Part shown: in pieces, positions 14,381-24,032 of the stretch | Layout: each line of letters begins with the position of its first letter | Numbering within the stretch: position 1 is the stretch's first letter | Source of the DNA: a virus | Lineage: Duplodnaviria; Heunggongvirae; Uroviricota; Caudoviricetes | Virus record (IMG/VR): IMGVR_UViG_3300032050_000049 | Span: 1-30,620 of that record | Length of the DNA: 30,620 bases | Reading direction: 5' to 3' (one strand) | Notes under the pieces: model-generated | Database searches by the model: none | What the model saw: the letters and a program-made list of their open reading frames with translations, nothing else | What the model was told of the DNA's origin: nothing | Program-made: the position numbers and the translations under genes

Positions 14381-17300
14381 ATGTCCATCAAGAAGTTAGA
14401 TTTATTAAGAATTATAACCAGCTCAAATTATCTTTATAATTTTAGCTCCAGTTATTCTAACAAAGCATTAACTGCAAGTTATGCTTTAAATGCTAGCGGT
14501 GGTGGCGGTGGTACATCAGGTACAAGTGGAGCTGGAGGCAGTAGTGGAACAAGTGGAACTGGATCTCCTGGCACAAGTGGTACGTCCGGCTCTTCTGGTG
14601 AATCCGGCACATCTGGTACAAGTGGTAGTAGTGGTACTTCTGGTAACTCTGGTTCAAGTGGATCAAGTGGATCAAGTGGATCAAGTGGTGTAAATGGCGA
14701 TAATGGCACTAGCGGAACATCTGCAACTGCTGGAAGTAGTGGTACAAGTGGCGTAGGATCGCCTGGTACATCGGGTTCATCAGGTGAATCTGGCACATCA
14801 GGTAGTAGTGGTTCAAGTGCTACTGCGGGTAGTAGTGGCACAAGTGGTGTAGGTTCTCCAGGCACTAGTGGTAGTAGTGGAGCTTCAGGCACATCAGGTA
14901 GTAGCGGTAACAGTGGAACAAGTGGAAGTAGCGGAACAAGTGTATCTGTGTCTGGTACAACAAATAGATTGGTTAAATTTACCAGTGCTTCTACAATTGG
15001 CAATACATCAACTGTACACGAAAGTGGATCTGCATTTTTAGGAGTGGGTGTATCATCAAGTTTAGTATCAAGATTGCAAGTTTACCGCAGCGGAAGTAAT
15101 TCAAGTGTACTTAAAGTGGATGGTGGAAGTGGTACATTATTCGAAGTTACCGATAATCTAAGCGGTAGTTTATTTAGCGTAAACACCATAGCAGGTTTTC
15201 CAATACTAGAAGTATTTAGCAACAATAGGATGGTTGCTGGGGCTTATGGTACAAATGCTTTAGTAGTAAGTGCCAGTAGCGTTGGTATCGGTATTGCCAC
15301 ACCAAGTACCAAACTACACATTCAGGGTAATGTAAGTGGTAGCCAATTTACATCAAGCAGAAGAAACGCAGTTGGATTTTCTGGTACTGCAAGTTATGCG
15401 AGACGAGCTTTGACTGCGAGTTTTGCTTTGAATGCAAGTAGTGTGGGTATTATGAGAACTGGCAGTAGATATCCTATAACTGCAAGTAGAGCAATTACCG
15501 CAAGTTATGCTTTGGCTAGTGCTGGTGGTGGCGGAGGCAGTGGTACTATATCAAGTGGTATAGTTAATAGAATACCTAAATACACAGGTACAACTACTGT
15601 TGGTCAATCATTTACTCCTATTTTTGAAAGTGGATCTGCTTTTGTTGGTGTTGGACCTATTTCTACCAGTTTGGTATCAAGACTACAAGTTTTCCGCAGT
15701 GGAAGTAATGCTAGTGTGCTTAAAGTAGATGGTGGAAGCGGTACATTGTTTGAAGTCACTGATAATCTAAGCGGTAGTTTATTTAGTGTAAATACTATTG
15801 CTGGTTTTCCAATACTGGAAGTATTTAGCAACAATAGGATAGTTGCTGGCGCTTATGGTACAAATGCTTTGGTTGTAAGTGCTAGTAGCGTTGGCATTGG
15901 CATTGCTACTCCAAGTGCCAAACTACATATTCAAGGTAATATAAGCGGTAGTCAATTTACCAGTAGTAGACGAAATGCAGTTGGGTTCTTTGGTACCAGT
16001 AGTTTTTCAAGAAGAGCATTGACCGCAAGTTTTGCATTAAATGCTGGTGGAGGTGGTACCACATTAAGAACAGGTAGTACATATCCAATTACAAGTAGTT
16101 TTTCCCGAAGAGCTATTACAGCAAGTTATGCATTGACTAGTGCAGGTGGAGGAGGAAGTGGTACTGTATCTTCAGGTGTTGTAAATAGATTGGCCAAATA
16201 TACAGGCGCAACTACAGTGGGAAGTTCGGCTATAGTATATGAAAGTGGAAGTGCTTTTATTGGTATAGGTGTAACAAGCAGTTTGGTATCTAGTTTACAG
16301 GTTTACCGCAGCGGAAGTAATGCTAGTGTACTCAAGGTAGATGGCGGTAGTGGCACACTATTTGAAGTTACTGATAATTTAAGTGGTAGTTTGTTTAACG
16401 TCAATGATATTACTGGTTTACCTATATTTGAAGTGTTTAGTAACAACAGAATTGTTGCTGGTAAATATGCTGCAAATGATTTGGTGGTCAGTGGTAGCAG
16501 AGTTGGTATGGGTACAGCTACACCCCAAGCAAAGTTGCACGTTGTGGGTAACATAAGTGGTAGTCAATTTACTAGTAGCAGAAGAAATGCTATAGGTTTC
16601 TCTGGCACTGCAAGTTATGCAAGAAGAGCATTGACTGCAAGTTATGCATTGAATGCAAGTGGAGGTGGTGGAAGTACATTACGAACTGGCAGTACATATC
16701 CAATTACTGCTAGTAAAACATCTGCAATTGCAGCGGGTGTTACTAATAGATTTGTTAAGTATACAAATGCTTCTGCTGTTAATAGTTCAACTATGCTGTA
16801 TGAGAGTGGAAGTGCTTTTATTGGCATAGGTATAACAAGCAGTTTGGTATCTAGTTTACAAGTATATCGTAGTGGTAGCAATGCTAGTGTGTTGAAGGTG
16901 GATGGTGGAAGTGGTACATTGTTTGAAGTCACTGATAATTTGAGTGGTAGCTTATTCAATGTAAATGATATTACAGGATTACCTATATTTGAGGTATTTA
17001 GCAACAACAGAATTGTGGCGGGTAAATATGCTGCAAATGATTTGGTTGTTAGTGGCAGTAGAGTGGGTATTGGTGTGGCTACACCACGTGCTAAACTACA
17101 CATACAAGGAAATATAAGTGGAAGTCAATTTACTAGTAGCAGAACAAATGCAGTTGGGTTCTTTGGTACTGCTAGTTATGCAAGAAGAGCATTATCAGCC
17201 AGTTATGTACTTGGAGGAGCTGCTGGATCAAGTGGCACTAGTGGTGCAAGTGGTACATCAGGTAGTTCGGGTACTAGTGGAACATCAGGATCAAGTGGAA

Positions 17301-18529
17301 CTTCAGGTAGTTCTGGAACAAGTGGAAGCAGTGGAACAAGTGGAGTTGGATCTCCTGGTAGCAGTGGAACCAGTGGTACCAGTTCTACCCCAGCGTTATC
17401 GTTGGCGCAAACATTTGTATTAACTGCATCTGTGAGTCAATTTCAATTGACACAAAGCGTGGCAAACAAGGATCAAATATTGGTAATATTGGATGGGTTG
17501 GTTCAATCCAGATCAGGTAGTTATACAGTTTCAGGATCCACTTTGACTTTGACAGAAAATGCGCTTTCAGGTTCAAATGTTGATATCAGATATTTTGGTG
17601 GTGGTTCTTCTATTAGTAGCAGTTTTTCAAGAAGAGCATTGACCGCGAGTTATTTGTTGCCTGCTTCAAACAACACAACCAAAGCTATATTTGGTTATGG
17701 TTATACTGGTGTAAATTTATCTATGACAAATTTGGTGAGCAACACAGGTGTGGTTGCAAACGATGTAACAGGAGTTGGTACTGCTAGGTCTAACTTAGCA
17801 GCTGCTGGATATAGCAGTGATAAATCTATATTTGGTTATGGTACTACTGGTGCAGTTGTATCTATGACAAATTTGGTGAGCAACACAGGTGTGGTTGCTA
17901 CTGACACAACTGGCGTAGGTACTGCTAGAGAAGTATTAGCAGCTGCTAGATATGGTACAGATAAAGCTATATTTGGTTATGGTTATACTAGTGCTGCTGT
18001 ATCTATGACTAATTTGGTAAGTAACACAGGCGTGGTTGCAACCGACACAACAGGTGTTGGCACGGCTAGATGGTCTTTAGCTGCTGTTGGATATGGAACT
18101 GATAAAGCTATATTTGGATATGGTACTACTGGTACAAATGTATCTATGACAAATTTAGTGAGCAACACAGGTGTAGTTGCTACTGACACAACAGGAGTTG
18201 GTACTGCTAGAAGAATTTTAGCAGCTGCTGGATATGGAACTGATAAGGCTATATTTGGTTATGGTTATACAAGTACACAAGTATCTATTACAAATTTAGT
18301 AAGCAACGCAGGTGTAGTTGCTACTGACACAACAGGAGTAGGTACTGCAAGATATTCTTTAGCTGCTGCCGGATATGGAACTGATAAGGCTATATTTGGA
18401 TATGGTTTTACTAGTACAAATGTATCAATGGTTAATTTGGTATCAAACGTTGGAGTAGTTGCAAATGATACAACTGGTATAGGTACCGCTAGAGAGCGTT
18501 TAGCTGCTGCTGGATATTCGACGACATAA
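14381..18529 (+). CDS. large modular tail fibre/adhesin with Kelch-like C-terminus
   Basis: Gly-Ser/Thr triplet tracts (about 14495-14940 and 17218-17385), four copies of an approximately 160-aa module containing GIGIATP..KLHIQGN, one NG/DG-VQ..YTVSGSTL module, six 47-aa KAIFGYG repeats. Confidence 0.8.
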   Translation: MSIKKLDLLRIITSSNYLYNFSSSYSNKALTASYALNASGGGGGTSGTSGAGGSSGTSGTGSPGTSGTSGSSGESGTSGTSGSSGTSGNSGSSGSSGSSGSSGVNGDNGTSGTSATAGSSGTSGVGSPGTSGSSGESGTSGSSGSSATAGSSGTSGVGSPGTSGSSGASGTSGSSGNSGTSGSSGTSVSVSGTTNRLVKFTSASTIGNTSTVHESGSAFLGVGVSSSLVSRLQVYRSGSNSSVLKVDGGSGTLFEVTDNLSGSLFSVNTIAGFPILEVFSNNRMVAGAYGTNALVVSASSVGIGIATPSTKLHIQGNVSGSQFTSSRRNAVGFSGTASYARRALTASFALNASSVGIMRTGSRYPITASRAITASYALASAGGGGGSGTISSGIVNRIPKYTGTTTVGQSFTPIFESGSAFVGVGPISTSLVSRLQVFRSGSNASVLKVDGGSGTLFEVTDNLSGSLFSVNTIAGFPILEVFSNNRIVAGAYGTNALVVSASSVGIGIATPSAKLHIQGNISGSQFTSSRRNAVGFFGTSSFSRRALTASFALNAGGGGTTLRTGSTYPITSSFSRRAITASYALTSAGGGGSGTVSSGVVNRLAKYTGATTVGSSAIVYESGSAFIGIGVTSSLVSSLQVYRSGSNASVLKVDGGSGTLFEVTDNLSGSLFNVNDITGLPIFEVFSNNRIVAGKYAANDLVVSGSRVGMGTATPQAKLHVVGNISGSQFTSSRRNAIGFSGTASYARRALTASYALNASGGGGSTLRTGSTYPITASKTSAIAAGVTNRFVKYTNASAVNSSTMLYESGSAFIGIGITSSLVSSLQVYRSGSNASVLKVDGGSGTLFEVTDNLSGSLFNVNDITGLPIFEVFSNNRIVAGKYAANDLVVSGSRVGIGVATPRAKLHIQGNISGSQFTSSRTNAVGFFGTASYARRALSASYVLGGAAGSSGTSGASGTSGSSGTSGTSGSSGTSGSSGTSGSSGTSGVGSPGSSGTSGTSSTPALSLAQTFVLTASVSQFQLTQSVANKDQILVILDGLVQSRSGSYTVSGSTLTLTENALSGSNVDIRYFGGGSSISSSFSRRALTASYLLPASNNTTKAIFGYGYTGVNLSMTNLVSNTGVVANDVTGVGTARSNLAAAGYSSDKSIFGYGTTGAVVSMTNLVSNTGVVATDTTGVGTAREVLAAARYGTDKAIFGYGYTSAAVSMTNLVSNTGVVATDTTGVGTARWSLAAVGYGTDKAIFGYGTTGTNVSMTNLVSNTGVVATDTTGVGTARRILAAAGYGTDKAIFGYGYTSTQVSITNLVSNAGVVATDTTGVGTARYSLAAAGYGTDKAIFGYGFTSTNVSMVNLVSNVGVVANDTTGIGTARERLAAAGYSTT
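14960..17210 (+). repeat. four tandem intragenic modules (period about 560-620 nt)
   Basis: Copies begin near 14960, 15563, 16181 and 16742; each has ESGSAF..LKVDGGSGTLFEVTDNLSGSLF..SQFTSSR. Confidence 0.9.
17678..18529 (+). repeat. six 141-nt (47-aa) Kelch-like blade repeats
   Basis: DKAIFGYGxTxxxVSMTNLVSNTGVVATDTTGVGTARxxLAAAGYGT x6; the same array occurs at about 20037-20894 and 22161-23018. Confidence 0.9.
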
Positions 18530-18542
18530 AATATAAAATAAT

Positions 18543-20894
18543 ATGCCATTTACAAGATTACGACAATCAATGATTAAGCCAAATGGATCTATAACAGGAT
18601 CATTAAGTGGCACTAGTAGTTATTCAAGAAGAACATTGACCGCGAGTTATGCTTTGAATGCAAGTGGAGGTTCAATTAGTTATATTACAGGTTCGCCTGT
18701 GGTTGGACAATATATTGTTGTGAGTGGTAGTAATACAACTCAGTATGCATTAATACAAAACGTAACTAATCCAGAACATTTGTTAGTATCTGTAAATGGC
18801 GTTGTACAAAATTATAGTTCAAGTTATACAGTTACTGGTTCTACACTTAATTTTTATCAACCATATGATGACGGTGATGAAATTGATGTAAGATTCTTAA
18901 ATGGTGGTACTACCGTACAAACAGGTAGCATTGCGAAACAAACAGTTTGGACCAATGTAACTTCAGGTAGTACAAATACTATAACTGGACTAAGCTTAAG
19001 TAGCAACAAGTGGGATGTAAGCGTGGTAGAAGAATGGGATGCTGCGACACTTGATCAGTACTACAATAGTTGTAGCTTGTTGTGTCATTTTGACAGTATA
19101 AATTCTGCGGGAAGATTTATTGATAATAGCAGAAATAATTTTGCGATTACATCAAGTGGTGGAGCAGGATTGAGCACATCACAATATAAATTTGGTGGGG
19201 CTAGTGCTTATTTTGATGGAAGTGGTGATTACTTAACAACACCTTTGTCGTCAAATCTTCAATTTGGCACTGGAGATTTTACCATAGAATGTTGGAATTA
19301 TATGATTGCTAGAATCAATAGTTTTCCGACAATATTTTCTAATTACAACAGTTATACAGTCGGCGCATTATCTTTATTCGCAGGTCATAGTTCAGGAACA
19401 ACTACGTCATATCAAGTTGCAATAAATGGCGCTGCGTTCCCTACTATTCAAGGTGGAACAATTGAGTATAATACCTGGGTACATTTAGCAGTAGTTCGTA
19501 ACAGTGGTACAATTAAATTATATGTGAATGGTACAAGTGTTGGTACTCCGTATAGTACCGCTGTAACATTAAATGGAGTAGGATCACTTTTTTATATAGG
19601 AACAACTGGCGATAATATAGCTGCAGGTTATATTAATGGTTATATAGATGAATTTAGAATTACCAAAGGTGTTGCAAGATATACCAGTAATTTTACACCG
19701 CCTTCTGCACCATTTCCAAATTCACGTAATCAAGTGCTTACAAGGTATGTGGGTTTGGTGGGTGGTATAGATGATAAATATGTGGATTATGGTGTACAGA
19801 AGTTAAGCAACAGTTCGCTTAAATTGACAAGGCTTACATATCCAAATCAACCTATAGTTGGTAGCGGATCATTGAGTGGCAGTGTAAGCAGAGTATATGT
19901 AAATGTATTGGATTATGATAATGTTTCAATATCTGGCAGTATAAGTAATGCTGTTACTGCTAGTTTTGCTTTAAATTCAGCAACTAGCAGGGTTGCATTA
20001 TCAGCTAGTTACTTAATACCCACTTCAAATAACACAACCAAAGCTATATTTGGTTATGGTTATAATGGCAGTGTAGCTGTATCTATGACCAATTTAGTTA
20101 GTAATACAGGCGTAGTTGCAAATGATACAACAGGTGTAGGTACCGTTAGGTATCAATTAGCCGCTGCTGGATATGGAACTGATAAAGCTATATTTGGTTA
20201 TGGTTATGCGACTTCTGTATATGTATCTATGACCAATTTAGTTAATAACACAGGTGTTGTATCTACAGATACAACAGGTGTAGGTACTGCTAGAGAAGCA
20301 TTAGCTGCGGCTGGATATGGCACTGATAAAGCTATATTTGGTTATGGTACTACTGGTACAAATGTATCTATGACTAATTTGGTAAGTAATACTGGAGTGG
20401 TTTCAACAGATACAACTGGCGTAGGTAGTGCTAGAAGCAATTTGGCAGCAGCTGGATATGGAACTGATAAAGCTATATTTGGTTATGGTTATACAATCGC
20501 AAATGTATCTATGACCAATTTGGTAAGTAATACTGGCGTGGTTTCAACAGATACAACTGGTGTAGGTACTGCTAGAAGAGATCTACGTGCAGCTAGATAT
20601 GGAAATGATAAAGCTATTTTTGGTTATGGTTTAACCAGTGTAAATGTATCTATAACTAATTTGGTATCAAACGTTGGAGTGGTTGCAACTGACACAACTG
20701 GTGTTGGCACCAATAGAATACAATTAGCTGCTGCTGGATATGGTGTTGATAAAGCTATATTTGGTTATGGTTATACTACTGCAGAAGTTTCTATGGTTAA
20801 TTTAGTAAGTAATACAGGTGTAGTTGCGAATGACACAACGGGAATTGGTACTGCTAGAAGACTTTTAGCTGCATCTGGATATAGTACCAGTTAA
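18543..20894 (+). CDS. tail fibre/adhesin: LamG (concanavalin A-like) domain plus Kelch-like propeller
   Basis: FDGSGDYL..DFTIECW..WVHLAVVRNSG..LYVNG..YIDEFRITKGVARY LamG signature; six C-terminal blades. Confidence 0.8.
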   Translation: MPFTRLRQSMIKPNGSITGSLSGTSSYSRRTLTASYALNASGGSISYITGSPVVGQYIVVSGSNTTQYALIQNVTNPEHLLVSVNGVVQNYSSSYTVTGSTLNFYQPYDDGDEIDVRFLNGGTTVQTGSIAKQTVWTNVTSGSTNTITGLSLSSNKWDVSVVEEWDAATLDQYYNSCSLLCHFDSINSAGRFIDNSRNNFAITSSGGAGLSTSQYKFGGASAYFDGSGDYLTTPLSSNLQFGTGDFTIECWNYMIARINSFPTIFSNYNSYTVGALSLFAGHSSGTTTSYQVAINGAAFPTIQGGTIEYNTWVHLAVVRNSGTIKLYVNGTSVGTPYSTAVTLNGVGSLFYIGTTGDNIAAGYINGYIDEFRITKGVARYTSNFTPPSAPFPNSRNQVLTRYVGLVGGIDDKYVDYGVQKLSNSSLKLTRLTYPNQPIVGSGSLSGSVSRVYVNVLDYDNVSISGSISNAVTASFALNSATSRVALSASYLIPTSNNTTKAIFGYGYNGSVAVSMTNLVSNTGVVANDTTGVGTVRYQLAAAGYGTDKAIFGYGYATSVYVSMTNLVNNTGVVSTDTTGVGTAREALAAAGYGTDKAIFGYGTTGTNVSMTNLVSNTGVVSTDTTGVGSARSNLAAAGYGTDKAIFGYGYTIANVSMTNLVSNTGVVSTDTTGVGTARRDLRAARYGNDKAIFGYGLTSVNVSITNLVSNVGVVATDTTGVGTNRIQLAAAGYGVDKAIFGYGYTTAEVSMVNLVSNTGVVANDTTGIGTARRLLAASGYSTS

Positions 20895-20936
20895 AAATGA
20901 ATGTGGTAATAAAACGACATTAACTATTTATAAAGT

Positions 20937-23018
20937 ATGCCTGCATTAGGAAAAACAAAAGTATCACCCAGTTTAATTTCAACAGGATCATTATTTCTTG
21001 GTACATCCAGTTACGCTGTTACCGCTTCATTCGCTTTGAATTCAAGTGGAGGTGGTGGCGGAGGATCAGTTCAAACAGGCAGTATTGCGAAACAAACAGT
21101 TTGGACCAATGTAACCTCAGGCAGCACAAACACAATAACCAGCTTAAATTTGAGTAGCAACAAATGGGATGTAAGCGTGGTGGAAGAATGGGATGCTGCA
21201 ACATTGGATCAATATTATAATAGCTGTAGCTTGTTGTGTCATTTTGATAGTTTGAATCCTTCTGGAAGATTTATTGATAATAGCAGAAACAATTTTAAGA
21301 TAACATCAAGTGGTGATGCTAAATTAAGCACCTCGCAATATAAATTTGGTGGAGCAAGTGCTTATTTTGATGGTACAATTGATTATTTGTTAATACCCGA
21401 TAACAATGCATTTGAATTGGGTAGTTCAGATTTTACATTAGAATCGTTTGTTTATTTTGTAACACTGCCATCTTCTAATGGATATTACTCAACTATAATA
21501 TCAAAATGGTCATCAAGCAATAATTCTTATTTTATTTATTTATATAATAATGCTGGAACTTATCAATTATATTTAACTTATTCAACTAACGGAACGTCTA
21601 ACACAAATTTAGGTGTAAATTGGACTCCGAATGTTGGTCAGTGGTATCACATTGCATGTGTAAGAAGTTCTACAAATGTATATTTCTGGGTCAACGGCGT
21701 TCAACAAGGCGCAACACAATCTATTTCTGGAACATTATATAATGGCACGGCACCTCTAGAAATAGGAGCAAATATATTGGGATCATCAAATACAGTTTTA
21801 AATGGATATTTAGATGAATTAAGAATAACAAAAGGTGTAGCAAGATATACCGCTAATTTTACACCTCCTTCCGCGCCATTTCCAAATTCAAGAAATCAAG
21901 TGCTTACAAGGTATGTGGGTTTGGTTGGTGGCATTGATGATAAGTATGTGGATTATGGTGTTGAGAAGTTAAGCAACAGTTCGCTTAAATTGACACGATT
22001 AACTTATCCAAATCAACCGTTAATTGGCAGTGGATCATTGAGTGGCAGTGTAAGCAGAGTGTATGTAAATGTATTGGATTATACTAATGTGAGTGTAACC
22101 AGCAGTTATGCTAGAAATTCTTTGTCAGCAAGTTATTTAATACCCACTTCAAATAATACAACCAAAGCTATATTTGGATATGGTTATACTAGTGCAAATG
22201 TATCTATGACGAACTTGGTAAATAACACAGGCGTTGTTGCAACGGATACAACTGGCGTAGGTAGTGCTAGAAGCAATTTGGCAGCAGCTGGATATGGAAC
22301 TGATAAAGCTATATTTGGTTATGGTTATACTACAGGAAATGTGTCATTAACAAATTTGGTAAGTAATACTGGCGTAGTTGCTACAGATACAACAGGCATA
22401 GGTACTGATAGAAGATCATTAGCAGCTTCTACCTATGGAAATGATAAAGCTATATTTGGATATGGTTATACCACAGGAGTTGTATCTATAGTTAATTTGG
22501 TATCTAATACTGGTGTAGTTGCTACAGATACAACAGGCATAGGTACCGCTAGATATAGTCCCGCAGCTGCTAGATATGGTGGTGATAAAGCTATATTCGG
22601 ATATGGTACTACTGGTGCAAATGTATCTATAGTTAATTTGGTATCTAATATTGGTGTAGTTGCAAATGATACTACAGGAATTGGTACTGCTAGAGAATCA
22701 CTATCGGCTGCGGGATATGGAGGTGATAAAGCTATATTTGGATATGGTTATACCACAGGAGTTGTATCTATGACAAATTTGGTAAATAATACTGGGGTAG
22801 TTGCAAATGATGTAACAGGTGTTGGTACCGCTAGATGGCAGTTAGCTGCTGCGGGATATGGTGGTGATAAAGCTATATTCGGATATGGTTATAATAGTAG
22901 CAATGCTGTTGTATCTATTACAAATTTAGTAAGCAGCACGGGTGTAGTTGCGACTGATACAACGGGTGTAGGCACTGCTAGAAGAATTTTAGCAGCTGCA
23001 GGTTATTCGACAACATAA
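20937..23018 (+). CDS. paralogous tail fibre/adhesin: LamG plus Kelch-like propeller
   Basis: Same cassette flanks as 18543-20894 with a different LamG core; six C-terminal blades. Confidence 0.8.
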   Translation: MPALGKTKVSPSLISTGSLFLGTSSYAVTASFALNSSGGGGGGSVQTGSIAKQTVWTNVTSGSTNTITSLNLSSNKWDVSVVEEWDAATLDQYYNSCSLLCHFDSLNPSGRFIDNSRNNFKITSSGDAKLSTSQYKFGGASAYFDGTIDYLLIPDNNAFELGSSDFTLESFVYFVTLPSSNGYYSTIISKWSSSNNSYFIYLYNNAGTYQLYLTYSTNGTSNTNLGVNWTPNVGQWYHIACVRSSTNVYFWVNGVQQGATQSISGTLYNGTAPLEIGANILGSSNTVLNGYLDELRITKGVARYTANFTPPSAPFPNSRNQVLTRYVGLVGGIDDKYVDYGVEKLSNSSLKLTRLTYPNQPLIGSGSLSGSVSRVYVNVLDYTNVSVTSSYARNSLSASYLIPTSNNTTKAIFGYGYTSANVSMTNLVNNTGVVATDTTGVGSARSNLAAAGYGTDKAIFGYGYTTGNVSLTNLVSNTGVVATDTTGIGTDRRSLAASTYGNDKAIFGYGYTTGVVSIVNLVSNTGVVATDTTGIGTARYSPAAARYGGDKAIFGYGTTGANVSIVNLVSNIGVVANDTTGIGTARESLSAAGYGGDKAIFGYGYTTGVVSMTNLVNNTGVVANDVTGVGTARWQLAAAGYGGDKAIFGYGYNSSNAVVSITNLVSSTGVVATDTTGVGTARRILAAAGYSTT

Positions 23019-23040
23019 ACAATATATATTAAACAAACAT

Positions 23041-23649
23041 ATGGCATCAAATCTAAATTCTGAATTTAATTATCGTTATCAAGTTATAGGTAGTACCCCG
23101 TGGGAAAAGTTAAAAACATTAAAAGGTTTTCTTGTGGGTAGAAAAAGAGCAGCTGTTTTGGAACAAGTAGCTGATTTAAAATATAAAGCCAAATTATCTG
23201 AACTAAAACATCTAAAAGAATTACCAGCATTACCGCACGTAATTTTAAACTTAGAAGCAGAAATATTAGAACTTGAATCACATCTTGATGATCAAAAACA
23301 TGCATTTGAATTAAACCGACAAGAAATAAAGATTTTAGAAAATCTAATAACAGAACTATATACAATAGTTGAACCCACCAGAATACCTGGTTATACAGAT
23401 GACCAAATGTTTGAAGCCAATGCTAATAACGAATTTACTGTAACAATCGGACGGGAAATACAAGCAGAAATTATTGCCAATGGCAGACCATCCCCAGCCA
23501 AATTGTTAAACGCAATGAGCAATCCACAAACACTTGAATCATTGAAACTTGTGGGGTTAGTACCAAAAGAAACACTTTTATTGGAACAAAAAGATATTGT
23601 TGATGCATTGAAGTTAAACAACATAAACGAACCAAAACTAATACAATAA
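23041..23649 (+). CDS. coiled-coil protein, possible fibre assembly factor
   Basis: Heptad-rich LEAEILELESHLDDQK..EIKILENLITEL; directly follows the three propeller genes. Confidence 0.6.
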   Translation: MASNLNSEFNYRYQVIGSTPWEKLKTLKGFLVGRKRAAVLEQVADLKYKAKLSELKHLKELPALPHVILNLEAEILELESHLDDQKHAFELNRQEIKILENLITELYTIVEPTRIPGYTDDQMFEANANNEFTVTIGREIQAEIIANGRPSPAKLLNAMSNPQTLESLKLVGLVPKETLLLEQKDIVDALKLNNINEPKLIQ

Positions 23650-23650
23650 T

Positions 23651-24028
23651 ATGAAACTTTATATATTACCAGCTACAAACTTTGAATCTTTGTTTGGAAG
23701 TCCAATGGAAAGAAAACAAGTTGATGATGTTGTAATCATTGCGCAAACACCAGATTGTTCCAGTTTCTTGGTATTATCCAAAACAAATTATACAGCTTTG
23801 GAACCATTTGTCAGTTATGATGGATTTGATTTTACATATTGTCAACAATGGGGATTAACAATAAATGAAGAAGTGGTTGTAAGAACCATATCTGACCTAA
23901 GAAAAAATGCATATCCACCAATGGCAAATTATTTGGATGCTATTGTGAAAAATGATAATGAAGCACTGCAAACATATCTTGATGCGTGTCTTGCAGTAAA
24001 AGAAAAATACACTAAATTAGAATCTTGA
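23651..24028 (+). CDS. putative tail-fibre assembly chaperone-like protein
   Basis: C-terminal LRKNAYPPMANYLDAIVK..YLDACLAVKEKY resembles the R..YP...QLD....VK.KYPK motif of fibre-associated small proteins. Confidence 0.55.
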   Translation: MKLYILPATNFESLFGSPMERKQVDDVVIIAQTPDCSSFLVLSKTNYTALEPFVSYDGFDFTYCQQWGLTINEEVVVRTISDLRKNAYPPMANYLDAIVKNDNEALQTYLDACLAVKEKYTKLES

Positions 24029-24032
24029 ATTT

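Noticed and set aside
14479-15003. Pro/Leu/Val-rich antisense ORFs (also 10596-11087, 27928-28116) and shifted-frame ORFs (14490, 17118, 27939)
   Set aside because: Shadow frames of the Gly-Ser-Thr codon repeats
15604-18549. Repeated antisense ORFs (15604, 16303, 16642, 17983, 18265)
   Set aside because: Mirror the sense-strand protein repeats; no independent start signals
17678-23018. 141-nt repeats as a CRISPR array or non-coding tandem repeat
   Set aside because: They are in-frame coding repeats with synonymous variation and no repeat-spacer alternation
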